The notes under the pieces are model-generated. The model made no database searches and was not told the origin of the DNA. It saw only the letters and a program-made list of their open reading frames with translations. Below, piece after piece: positions 29,215 to 42,398 of a stretch of DNA of 64,000 nucleotides. The DNA is from Eledone cirrhosa. Taxonomy: Eukaryota. The translations under genes and the position numbers were made by a program. The stretch spans positions 46,500,001 through 46,564,000 of the forward strand of contig OZ024751.1 of NCBI GenBank assembly GCA_964016885.1. The letters run 5' to 3'. Every line of letters begins with the position of its first letter. Positions within the stretch are counted from its first letter, which is position 1.

Positions 29215-29534
29215 GTAATTGTACAATCCAATCAAGAAAGAGATATTAGAGATTAGTTGTAAGAATTATAAGCCAGTAGGGAAGAGGACAGTGTGCTCAA
29301 TGAGTATAAAATGCAAGACAACCGTTCAGTGAAAGCAAGCAAGAGAAATATAAGCCATGTAAAACGTATATAGGCAGAGCGTAAATATAAAAATTATAGT
29401 GGGAAAATAGACAACCAAATTCTTGAAAAAATATTTATTCGTTTACAATTTTTTCGAAGGACAAATCACAATTCAAACCATAAGAACGAAACCTATCCAT
29501 TTTTGAATCGATAGGCCGAGGTGATAAATCGAAC

Positions 29535-29612
<78 letters not shown>

Positions 29613-30703
29613 ATACTTTGGGAGGGTCATGTTGCCAATAAGAAACACACGCACCAGTTGCTTTCACTTCAATTTATTATAATAAATTTATAATAAATTT
29701 ATAAATTTATAAATTTCTGGTTGGTTGGTTGGTTCCACAACCAGATAGTTGTTTATATATTGTCATAGTTCTTTCGTCACACACTCTGTGACCTCTTCAG
29801 TGACTGGGGATTCCTTTCTTTGTTTCTGTGCCTCTCCTTTGTTCTGTCCTACGCCATTTTGTTTCTGTGTGTGTTGTGTGCTCAGTCTGCGCATGCGCCA
29901 CATCCGGGTGTCTGTGTGTGTTTATGTTCATTTATTTATTTGTTTATTTACATGTTACTGGTTGGTTGTTTATTCTATGTGTGTGTGTATTTTCATTTTG
30001 TCCTTAATTGTAAGTTGTGATGTTGCTGTTCCACTCATATTTTCTATTTAATTTTGGTTGTAATTCTTTTATGTTTATTGCCTCTGTAATTTGTCTAAAC
30101 ATTGCGTCTTTTCTGTATGTAGATTCTATTTTTATTTCTATGTTCTCTAATTTACCCCTGTGTTCTATTTTAGCATGTTGGTAGAGTACAGATGATTCTT
30201 TACTATCTTGAAGGTCTCGCCAGTGTTAATTTATCCGTTCCCCTACACTACGAGCTGTCTCACCTATGTACACTATATTTTTGCCTCTACATTGTCCTTC
30301 AGTACATCTTATGCTATACACTACATTTCTAGTTTTACAGTTAACATGGGGGCTTATTTTACAGGTTATACATTTCTTATCTATACATGAAACAAAATGG
30401 CGTAGGACAGAACAAAGGAGAGGCACAGAAACAAAGAAAGGAATCCCCAGTCACTGAAGAAGTCACAGAGTGTGTGACGAAAGAACTATGACAATATATA
30501 AACAACTATCTGGTTGTGGAACCAACCAACCAACCAGAAATTTATAAATTTATAAATTTATTATAAATTTATTATAATAAATTGAAGTGAAAGCAACTGG
30601 TGCGTGCGTTTCTTATTGGCAACATGACCCTCCCAAAGTATAACAATATCGGTTTCAACACACGATTTCAGATAAAGAATCTTGCTAAACAAATTCAGAA
30701 ACG

Positions 30704-30743
<40 letters not shown>

Positions 30744-31398
30744 TTCTTATTTATTTTGAGTATATGTTGGTTATTTACCGACACCTCAGTATGCAGATAT
30801 GATTCCAGTTCCTCGGGGGACTAACAACACACACAGGAGCTGGACATATCGATGTATTGACAGAGTGAAACACACTTCAACAACATGTGTACCTGTCTTT
30901 TCCACACCAATTCAGACTGCCTGAAGAGGTCACAGCCAATAATAGCTGTCATCGAAATATATATACCAGTAAATTTATAATCTCCTTATAATATATAACC
31001 AGCAATTTCTCTGTTTGTCTGTCTGTCCGACAGTGGAAACACGTGCGCGCGTGCGAATGTTTTTTGCGCACGCGTAGAGAGAGTGAGAGTGAAAGAAAAA
31101 GACAGCCTACGAGAGGGGGATAGCGGGAGGGAGAGAGGGAGAGAGAGAGAGAGAGAGAGAGAGTGAATAGACGCTAAAACACGTGCGCGCGTGCGAATGT
31201 TTTTTGCGCACGCGTAGAGAGAGAGTGAGAGTGAAAGAAAGAGACAGACTACAAGAGGGGGATAGCGGGAGGGAGAGAGGGGGGAATTGAGGAGTGTTAC
31301 AGAAACATATATACATTTCTGTGTGTGTGTAATATATATATACACACACAGAAATATATATATATACACACAGAAATATATATACATTTCTGTGTGTG

Positions 31399-31441
<43 letters not shown>

Positions 31442-32204
31442 GAAATATATATACATTTCTGTGTGTGTAATATATATATATACTAGCAGAAAACCACCCG
31501 TAGGCGGTTTTCTGCTAGTCTATATATATATAAAGCTGAGGATGTCTGTCTGTGAGTTTGAATCCCTAAAACTCAAGAAGTACACAACCGATTTTTTTCA
31601 AACTTTACATGTGTATTACTTATGTTTCAGGGACTGTTTGTTCTCCTAGGGCCCGCATTAGGTGAAAAACTGCGTTTTTTCAGCTTTTTAGGGTTTTTTC
31701 GAGGCGTTACGTCAGACCGATTTCCTTAAAATTGAAACTATGTATTAGTCAGTCTCTTCTTCACACAGTGAGCAAAGAAAATCCAACTTTTTTATGGCCT
31801 AGGGCCCACATTAGGTGAAAAACTTCATTTTTTCAGATTTTTAGGGCTTTTTTGAGGCGTTACGTCTAGCCGATTTTCCCGAAATTTCAAGGCATATTAT
31901 GCACATAAAAAAAATTCATTTTCTTGATCCCCTAGGGCCCGCATTAGGTGAGAACCTGCATTTTTCATGCTTCATCGAGGAAAATCTTAACGATTATCCA
32001 GCCATCAGAGTATTCGGTTTATTTTCTTTACATATTGTCCAGGCATGCAGTTTTTCCACGATTAGGTCTGTTGGCGGCCCACGTTCCAAAATACCTTATC
32101 CCGTGCAACGCCGGGTACCACTGCTAGTACTATCTATCGGTCGCAACTCCAGGTAGAAGGAGCAGCGTGAAATAAAATGTCATCACATATATATATAAAT
32201 ATAT

Positions 32205-32284
<80 letters not shown>

Positions 32285-32459
32285 TACCCTAGCGTCACCT
32301 TTATTTACGTGTCCCAACGACTTTTTTTAGCCGTTGCTCGCACCAACCTGAGGTATATGGTCTTTAAAGCGATGAAATGCCTATGACGGTTGGAAGGCCA
32401 CTGATGAAGGACAAACTTTTTCATATGTAACCCATTTGCAACGCCGCAGCTCCATTATT

Positions 32460-32513
<54 letters not shown>

Positions 32514-33164
32514 TGATCGAGTATCGAAAAATCGGCGCACGAGTTCACGATAAACAAAATTCGAAATGAGCGGCAGAGGGCTCAATAATTCAGATGAATC
32601 AGAGCTATAACTATCGTTAAAATACCGTCACACATAGAACAAGTCTAAAATCAACCATACGATAAAAAATCGATAATAGAAGATTCGGGACAATCAGATA
32701 AAAAATATCAATAAATCAATACATCAATAATATATATATATCAATAATATATATATATATAATTTATTTTAAGGTTTTAAGGCCCAATATTGACTATAAA
32801 CTATAAAGCGCCTGAAGATTAGGTCACAATTTTGATTCATCTTACATTCTAGAAAAATGGTCAATATTGGGTCATGAAACCTTAGGCAGCACTTTTGTCT
32901 CCTGTATGTACATAAATAAATACCATATTTCTCGGCGTCGAAGACGCTACCTTTTTCCTAAAATAAGTCGAAAAAATCTACCATGTGTCCTGGAACCCGA
33001 AGGTTGTTTACTAATTTTTTTTCAAATTTCTGGTTGTTAAAATTAGGGTGCGTCCTTGAGGACGAAGCGTCTTCGGCGCCGGGAAATACGGTAATATAAT
33101 ATTTCACCTCTCTCCCAGATTGAGCGCGGTTTTCCTTTTGCCTTTTTCACAACTAAGTATATTA

Positions 33165-33226
<62 letters not shown>

Positions 33227-33273
33227 ATGAATACCTCTCTCTCTATATCTATTAATCTATCTATTAATCTCTA

Positions 33274-33364
<91 letters not shown>

Positions 33365-33662
33365 ATATATATATATATATATATCTCTCTATATATATAT
33401 ATATAACTACAAAGAAACAGAGACAATTTAAGGTTTGGCTTTTATTTCATTTTATTTTTTTTTTACCAAATAAAGGATTTCTATTAAAATATTTTAGGTT
33501 AGGTTGACAATTGACAGTATTGATATCCACAGTGTGGAACAGGTGCGAAAAGATAAACCAATCAGCGCATTACACGTAAAGAAGACGAAAACTGTGGCTC
33601 CAAAAAAAAGGAAAAAATTTATGGAAAACATTTTTTTTGGCGGACTCCAAGCTATGTTTTGA
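24761..33662 (+). CDS. Speculative small multi-exon gene (exons 24761-24793, 24897-24927, 25458-25568, 32331-32352, 33503-33662), unknown product
   Basis: Non-repetitive islands with GT-AG ends and compatible phases; no homology recognised. Confidence 0.2.
25167..25207 (-). ncRNA. Minimal hammerhead, stem I degenerate
   Basis: CTGATGA-aGAGTaatgACTCa-GAAA-catg-TC; palindromic ACATGT. Confidence 0.6.
26030..27443. repeat. 1.4-kb (AAC/ACC)n compound trinucleotide array
   Basis: Direct reading. Confidence 0.9.
29762..29804 (-). ncRNA. Minimal hammerhead in the Penelope pLTR (inverted copy 30450-30492 +; also 59274-59316 +)
   Basis: gtca-CTGAAGA-gGTCACAgagtgTGTGAC-GAAA-gaac-TA-tgac; stem III nearly absent. 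Confidence 0.68.
30004..30390 (-). pseudogene. GIY-YIG endonuclease domain of a Penelope-like element, one in-frame stop
   Basis: CIDKKCITC...NVVYSIRC..C...VYIGETARSVGERIN*HWRD...LYQHAKIEH...RQITEAINIKELQPKLNRKYEW. Confidence 0.9.
30917..30969 (+). ncRNA. Probable hammerhead
   Basis: CTGAAGA-ggtcACAGC...GCTGTcatc-GAAA-tatata-TA-ccag; one stem I mismatch. Confidence 0.55.
31519..32127 (+). mobile_element. Non-autonomous Helitron-like element
   Basis: 5' TC-tatatatatataaagctg, 3' hairpin cccgtgcaacgccggg followed by CTAG|T; three internal ~140-bp repeats (ctagggcccgcattaggtga). Confidence 0.7.
32923..33091. mobile_element. Tc1/pogo-type MITE
   Basis: 25-bp imperfect TIRs ccatatttctcggcgtcgaagacgc / gcgtcttcggcgccgggaaatacgg, with TA on both sides. 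Confidence 0.82.
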
Positions 33663-34281
33663 GTCTTCCAAGCGTGACCTCCTCTATTTAACGAACCTGG
33701 ATTGCACCGTAAAGTAATATTTGAATTGGCGAATTGCACACCTTTTAATGACACCTACTTTTAGTCTACCTTTTAACACATACTTACACACGCCACATAC
33801 CTCCTCAACACCACCTTCACCACCACTACCATCACTACCACTACTACCATCGCCACTAACTTTCAACACATACTTACACACGCCACATAACCCCCCCCCC
33901 CCCCCCCCCCCCCCACCTTCACCACCACTACCATCACTACCACTACCACCACTAACTTTCAACACATCCTACACACACCACATACCACGACCACCACAAT
34001 GACACCTACCACTACCACCACCATTACCACCACCACCATCACCATCACCACCACCACCACCACCACCACCACCACTACCTTTACCACCACCGCCACTACC
34101 TTTCAACACATCCTACACCACATACCACCACCGCCACTATCATCATCATCACCACGACACCCTTTATCTCTCTATCTGTCTATCTATCTACCTATCTATC
34201 TATATATATATATAGAGGAAAAAGTATGACCCCGACGGCAGAGCTCAAGCCGTTTCGACGGCTATATATATATAGATAGAT

Positions 34282-34368
<87 letters not shown>

Positions 34369-34446
34369 GCAAATAAATACTGATATATATATATATATAT
34401 ATATGTGTGTGGCAAATAAAGAAATATGTATCTGTATCTATCTATC

Positions 34447-34492
<46 letters not shown>

Positions 34493-34572
34493 GCAAATAA
34501 ATACTGATATATATATATATATATATATATGTGTGCGGCAAATAAAGAAATATGTATCTGTATCTATCTATC

Positions 34573-34606
<34 letters not shown>

Positions 34607-34639
34607 GATATACATACATATGTACACACACACACACAC

Positions 34640-34685
<46 letters not shown>

Positions 34686-35007
34686 TAGATTGAGTTAGAA
34701 ACTCAAAATAGTCTTTTACAATTAAATAGCTCAAAGAAGGGAATCTCTCCGAGCCGTGTAATATAATTAAATATATGAGAGGGATGAACACCGATACAAG
34801 TATACATGTGTTCCAATTGCAAATGACCAAGTTAACTAGGTTGAAAAAATAGTAATTTAAATCGATTTAAAGTAATAAATCAATAAAAATAACAAACCTA
34901 TATCGGGCAACTACCTTAGTTACCCGGACAGATCTAAATCTGTTTCGCAAGAATTATTAAGTGAAAGCCACCATTCCTGTGCTCTTCTACGGTTATCTAG
35001 GAAATTC

Positions 35008-35076
<69 letters not shown>

Positions 35077-35522
35077 CGTCTGTATATGTATAATAAAGCC
35101 AAAACAATGCAGGTATGGACATAGAATAAAGAATGCAAATGCAAAAGATATTGTTGACAATTAGTCTTTTACCTTAGATTTATTTAAATGTCCTTAATTT
35201 TCGAGATAATATCTCTTCTTCGGAGGGAAGTAAAGCGGTTAAACCAGTGTTCTAAATAGCTTGCCAAGTCATAATATATATTTATTTCTTATATAGGCAC
35301 AAGGCCAGCAATTCCTCGTAAGGATGAAAGGCAAAGTTAACTTGGGCGGGATATATTGATGGACAGACAGACAGATTGACAGACAGACAGACAACCAGAC
35401 ATAGAGATAGTAAGAGGTCATTAGAAGTAAATATTCAACATAGACAATAATTATTCAACAGATTATTTGTTAGAGAGAGACAGGGAAGAAGAAATAGAGA
35501 GGGAGAATGAGAGAGAGTAGGG

Positions 35523-35560
<38 letters not shown>

Positions 35561-35850
35561 AGAAACGAGAGAGAGAGAGAGAGACAGAGAGAGGAAGAAA
35601 CAGGAAGAAAGAGGGAGAGAAAGGGAGAGTGAAATAGGCGGAGAAGAGGGAAAGTTGGAGGAACTGAAGAGTTATGTTAAAATCCAAGCCCCCCCCCACC
35701 CACATATATTAAAATAATAAAACCAGATAGAAATATGTTTTGTTTTGTTTTGTTTTGTTTTGTTTGGTAATATAAAGAGATTGTGAACAGCTTTAAATAC
35801 ACACACTTTATATACATACATAAATATATACACACACACACACACATATA

Positions 35851-35923
<73 letters not shown>

Positions 35924-35958
35924 GTGTATGTATTTATATGTCTATATGTACATGTATG

Positions 35959-35999
<41 letters not shown>

Positions 36000-36134
36000 G
36001 TAGGTCCCGGGTTGAGTCGGGGATAACCACAGTAAGTAAGGTACTCAATACATGGCAGAGTAAGATTTTTTTATTTTATAGAAGGAGCTTCTACAGGACT
36101 AGTACTGTTTCATTCAGATGAAATCTTCAGGAAG

Positions 36135-36168
<34 letters not shown>

Positions 36169-36338
36169 ATACATGTACATATAGACATATAAATACAGTG
36201 TGGGGGATAGGAAAAAGTATGACCCCGACGGCAGAGCTCAAGCCATTTCGACGGCTATTTCTGGACCAGAAATAGCCGTCGAAACGGCTTCAGCTCTGCC
36301 GTCGGGGTCATACTTTTTCCAATATATATATATATATG

Positions 36339-36394
<56 letters not shown>

Positions 36395-36399
36395 TATAT

Positions 36400-36450
<51 letters not shown>

Positions 36451-36471
36451 GACACATGCACCCCCACACCA

Positions 36472-36525
<54 letters not shown>

Positions 36526-36692
36526 GTCACACAGTCACGCTTTAGCAGTCATTGAGATCACGGTTCGCACCTATTACAGGATAATAGTTGACTTGCTCAC
36601 TGACAAAACCATAAATACAAAATACATTCACAACATATAAGTATAGGCACACACATACATACATACATATTCATATATATATATATTACATA

Positions 36693-36749
<57 letters not shown>

Positions 36750-36901
36750 AAAGTTATTTATCGAATCTATTTATCTATAAAACTGTTTATATTGTATTTT
36801 GTCTGAGGAAAGCATAGCATATTGTTAATATGATATCCCCGAAATATATATAATGAAATAAATATGGTTTTATAAATATAGTTTCCATTTATTTAATATT
36901 G

Positions 36902-36934
<33 letters not shown>

Positions 36935-37152
36935 TACATATTACATATATATATTACATATTACATATATATATATACATATTACATATATATAAATAAT
37001 TATATATATATATTTAAGAGTTAAACAATGTTCAATGAATACATCAAAGAATGAGTTTTACAATAGATTGGAAGCACTCAACAGTAATGTTTTCCAGAGT
37101 TATTAATATTAATTTAAAATATTAACAAAATAGATATTCTTGTGATCAATTA

Positions 37153-37219
37153 TATTTTATTATACATATTTCAGAAGTACTGAGTTAAGTTCAACAGTAC
37201 GTCCTCATCAGATAAAATA
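37153..37219 (-). ncRNA. Type I hammerhead, diverged member of the abundant family
   Basis: tattttat-CTGATGA-ggacGTACTG...CAGTACttct-GAAA-tatgta-TA-ataaaata; perfect 8-bp stem I. Confidence 0.8.
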
Positions 37220-37277
37220 AAATGATACATGACACCCTGACATGGTAGATGGTTAAGCTTCAATCAAGGTAGTCATA

Positions 37278-37313
<36 letters not shown>

Positions 37314-37355
37314 AAAATAATTAATATATATATATATATATATATAGTAATAATA

Positions 37356-37391
<36 letters not shown>

Positions 37392-37398
<7 letters not shown>

Positions 37399-37739
37399 AA
37401 CCAGTAAGACCCGACGGCTGAGCTCAAGCCGTTTCGACGGCTAATTCTGGACTGAATGAAAATTTATCCTGGTATTTAAATAGCCGAGCTTCTCAGAATT
37501 ACTACTAACTTGTGACCAATCCTTGTGACAATCACTTTGACCATATATGGAATTACCCCTTGAGAAGCTCGGCTATTTAAATACCAGGATAAATTTTCAT
37601 TTAGTCCAGAATTAGCCGTCGAAACGGCTTGAGCTCAGCCGTCGGGGTCTTACTGGTTCCTATTACCCACTCTACTACCCTAAGTATTGAGTACTTTGGT
37701 GCGTTATGGTCCACCTGGTTCCTTACCACATTTCCTTCG

Positions 37740-37742
<3 letters not shown>
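37392..37742 (+). repeat. Fold-back element family 'gaccccgacggc..gagctc' (also 7478-7790, 13511-13718, 36207-36320, 39143-39352, 40370-40488, 57152-57301, 58072-58281)
   Basis: Shared sequence and variable inversion points; each copy is bounded by (TA)n. Confidence 0.85.
37555..37648 (+). ncRNA. Type I hammerhead with variant U3-A8 core
   Basis: acccc-TTGAGAA-gctCGGCTA...TAGCCGtc-GAAA-cggct...agccg-TC-ggggt. Confidence 0.62.
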
Positions 37743-37771
<29 letters not shown>

Positions 37772-37792
37772 CTATATATTTATATATATATA

Positions 37793-37914
<122 letters not shown>

Positions 37915-38306
37915 TGTGTTTGTGTGTGACTCTGTGGGCATCTGTATGCCTCTCTGTGCCTCTGTGTGCGTGCCTGTATTTGTGTGTGTGTGTGTATGTC
38001 TGTCTGTGTGTGTGTGTGTGTGTACTTGTACGTTTGTCTGTGTGTAAAATAATACTAATCCAGAACTTTCTTTTTAACGGCATTTAAGCTGTTTTGTATG
38101 ATATCAATAAATTTTCCATTTTCTACTTAAAGGATTCCTGCAGATAGTAAGTCTTGAAAATAGCTATTCCACTGGGAACCAACTCTAACTACGACTTTCC
38201 CCACAAAGAAATGCCGTGTAAATACCCCCACCCCCCCAAAAAAAAATGTTTCGGTTTTGAAATTGCGACTATTGTCTTGGTTGGGATTATATATATATAT
38301 TGTTAG

Positions 38307-38527
38307 GGCGGTGGATTGGCAGTATCGGTAGAGGGTCAGACCCCATGCTTTGCAGCATAGATTTACGGCCCTTTATGACCTGAGTTCAAAAATCCCGCCG
38401 AGGTTAATTTTGCCTTTCATCCTTATGGGGTCGATAAAATAAAGTACCAGTCACGAACTGGGGTCGATTTAATCGACTTTCCCCCTCCCATAAAATTGCT
38501 GGCCTTGTGCCTATATAAGAAACCATT
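38307..38527 (+). mobile_element. SINE family 1, near full-length copy
   Basis: gggcggtggattggcagtatcggtagag...gagttcaaa...ggccttgtgcctatataagaaacc. Confidence 0.85.
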
Positions 38528-39015
38528 AGTACAACCACCCCCATTTTCACCAATCACTATCGCCACCACCACCACCATCAAGTTGCATGTAGTGAAGTAT
38601 ATGAAGTTTCAATCAATGTGAAAAAGATTTAATCGACTTTCCCCTCCCCAAAATTGCTGGCCTACTGCCTATATAAGAAACCATTACATATATATATATT
38701 GTTGAATAGTCAGTCTGAAGTGTAGATCGATAATGGAGCCGGGTCCATAATCTCTATGGGTGACCTTGAGCCATTCCTCTGCGAAACGCGTGTTACAGGT
38801 CGATACACAATAAAATACTAAATATATGTAAACGAAACTTTATCGTTTTTCTTAATATATATATGTTCTGTCTGTGCATCGAGAGCTTATTTCGGTACCA
38901 CCACCTATAATTCACGGAATCACATACACTATATATATATATATAGATATAATGGGCTTCCTGATGATTTCTCACGAATGAAACAGTCCTAGTTCTGTAG
39001 AAGCTCTTCTATATT

Positions 39016-39096
<81 letters not shown>

Positions 39097-39347
39097 CCCC
39101 CCCCACATACACACACACTCACACACACACATATATATATATATAACAAAGAAGGTGTGGTAAAATACCAGGTGGACCATAACACACCAGAGTACTCGAT
39201 ACTTAGGGTGGTTGAGTGGGTAATAGGGAAAGAGTCAGGTCCCCGACGGCTGAGCTCCAGTCGTTTCGACAGCTTGATCCGAACTGAGTTCGGATCAAGC
39301 TGTCGAAACGACTGGAGCTCAGCCAGCCGTCGGGGACCTGACTCTTT

Positions 39348-39384
<37 letters not shown>

Positions 39385-39391
39385 AAAAGAG

Positions 39392-39430
<39 letters not shown>

Positions 39431-39917
39431 GTATATACATATAATTGTTTCTACTTTTGGCACAAGGCCAGCAATTACCCAGTGCATTACTGGTACTTTA
39501 TTTTATCGACCCCGTAAGGATGAAAGGCAAAGTCAACCTCGGCGGGATTTGAACTCAGATCGTAAAGGGACGTAACTATGCTGGAAAGCATGGCGTCCGA
39601 CCCTCTACCGATACTGCCAATCCACCATAATGTATATACATATAATATATACATATAATGTATATATATAGTTTATTAATGGTAGTTGAAGTAGGGTTGG
39701 GTTGGGTGTATGTGTCGTGTGTGGGTTAGAGGAGGGGAAGCTTTTAGAAAGTTTTTCGTAGCCATGGTAACTACACCCATACTACCACCACCACTATCAC
39801 CACCACCACCACCACCACCACCACTACCACCACCACCACTACTACCACCACCTGTCACTGGGGCTGACAAAAGCCTCGTGACTGGTCATGCGTAACTGTG
39901 TTATAGATTGTACTGCC

Positions 39918-39985
<68 letters not shown>

Positions 39986-40042
39986 TGCCTATGTTAATGT
40001 ATGTGCATCTGTATGTGTTTGTAATACTGTATAGTCATTGCA

Positions 40043-40088
<46 letters not shown>

Positions 40089-40280
40089 TCTGTATAGTCA
40101 TTGTATATGTATATTATGTGTATCTGTAACTGTACGCGTGTGTTTATGTCACTGACTGTGTTATGTATGTGTGTGTGTGTGGTTGTAATATTGTAGTCAT
40201 TGTACGTATACTGTATATGTGTGAGATCGAGTAAACTTACAATTATGTGTTATATATGTGTAAACCTATACAAACATACA

Positions 40281-40316
<36 letters not shown>

Positions 40317-40319
40317 TAC

Positions 40320-40374
<55 letters not shown>

Positions 40375-40485
40375 AACCAGTAAGACCCCGGGGTCTTACT
40401 GGTTCCTATTACCCACTCTACTACCTCAAGTATTGAGTACTTTGGTGCGTTATGGTCCACCTGGTTCCTTACCACATTTCCTTCG

Positions 40486-40556
<71 letters not shown>

Positions 40557-40600
40557 AATGACAGGCGGCTGGATTTGTGTAAATCCTTGAAAGGTTTATT

Positions 40601-40658
40601 ATACTATGATCATTTCAATGACCGGGTTCCGTATGAATCCGGTGATATCATCAGGTAT
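40601..40658 (-). ncRNA. Type I hammerhead ribozyme
   Basis: atac-CTGATGA-tatcACCGG...CCGGTcatt-GAAA-tgatca-TA-gtat; palindromic ATGATCAT. Confidence 0.78.
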
Positions 40659-40687
40659 TCGAAATATAATACGTGAATGTAATAGAT

Positions 40688-40828
<141 letters not shown>

Positions 40829-40870
40829 CCAGGGAGTGTAACGCAGAGTTACAGTAGGTTCACCCGTGTG

Positions 40871-40911
<41 letters not shown>

Positions 40912-41006
40912 GTCTGGTCTTCTTTTAGTCCATTGAGCGCTTGCCGCATATCTCGAGGATTGCGTTTCGTTTTGTTTTTGGCCCTCGCCGAAATACGATC
41001 TCGTTG

Positions 41007-41086
<80 letters not shown>

Positions 41087-42072
41087 GTGTGTATATATAT
41101 ATATATTGTTTCTGAATTTGTTTAGCAAGATTCTTTATCTGAAAACGTGTGTTGAAACCGATATTGTTATGCTTTGGGAGGGTCATGTTGCCAATAAGAA
41201 ACACACGTACCAGATGCTTTCACTTCAATTTATTATAATAAATTTATAAATTTAGGAATTTATAAATTTCCGGTTGGTTGGTTGGTTCCACAACCAGATG
41301 GTTGTTTATATATTGTCAAAGTTCTTTCGTCACACATTCTGTGACCTCTTCAGTGACTGGGGATTCTTTTCTTTGTTTTTTGTGCCTCTCCTTTGTTCTG
41401 TCCTACGCCATCTTGTTTTTTTGAAGAGGTGCGTGTGTTTCTTATTGGCAACATGACCCTCCCAAAGTATAACAATATATGGGGGATGGGGTGTGTATTA
41501 GTAGAGGTGTTAATGGGATGTGTGTGTGTGTGTGTGTGGAGGGATGTAGGTGGAGCGGGGAGAGGGAGAGAAAGGTCTGGGGGACGATGGAGGTAGTGTA
41601 GAGTACTGGTGTGTGTGTGCGTGTTTGGATGAGTGTGTGTGTGTTGAAGGGGGTGTTAGTGGGTGTTAGTATACTGGTGGTGGGGAAAGGGTTGAATGCG
41701 GGTGTGTTAGTGGGGGTCAGTGGTGGTAGGGTGTGTAGAGTGGGTGGTGTAAGTGTGTGTGGGTGTGTGTGTGTGTTCGTGTGCGTGGGGTCGGGGGGAT
41801 GTTAGTGGTATTAGTTGTGGGGTGGTGGGAGTGGATGTTTGATGAGGGTTAGTGGTGGTAGTAGGGTGTGTGGATAGTGTGAGTGCGTGTATATATGTGG
41901 GTGTATGCGTGATAGGAGGGGCGGGGATGTTAGTATTGTTAGTTGGGGTTGGGGTGGTCGGGGGTGGGGTGGGGGTGTTGGTATTGTTAGTTGTGGGGTG
42001 GGTGGTGAAAAGGAGGATATATATATATATATCCAGGGAGTGTAACGCGGAGTTACTGTGTGTATGTGTGTA

Positions 42073-42123
<51 letters not shown>

Positions 42124-42398
42124 TGCAAAGGATTGTAATCCAACTCTAAGCGAGCCCCCATACTAGGCCTCACACACACACAGCACCACACACGGGCTCC
42201 ATACGCACACGTCTATCCACAAGCGACCACACTCAACGGATGTGTGTGTCATTAATGTGTGCATAAATATGCATATATACACGTATATAGGCACATACAC
42301 ATACACTATACACTTATATACATATATATGTGTACGTATATACGCACATACATACATTTAGCTAAATGTAAGGGGAGAACGTGAAGATAGGTGTGTGT

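Larger units (their letters stand above)
29607..30706 (-). mobile_element. Penelope-like element 3' fragment: GIY-YIG endonuclease remnant plus pLTR, with an inverted pLTR at the 5' junction
   Basis: 29607-29865 and 30389-30648 are inverted copies flanking the endonuclease remnant; inserted in (TA)n; pLTR-only relatives at 41104-41478 and 58935-59527. Confidence 0.9.

Noticed and set aside
32396-32430. CTGATGA hammerhead core
   Set aside because: No matching stem II/GAAA/stem III downstream
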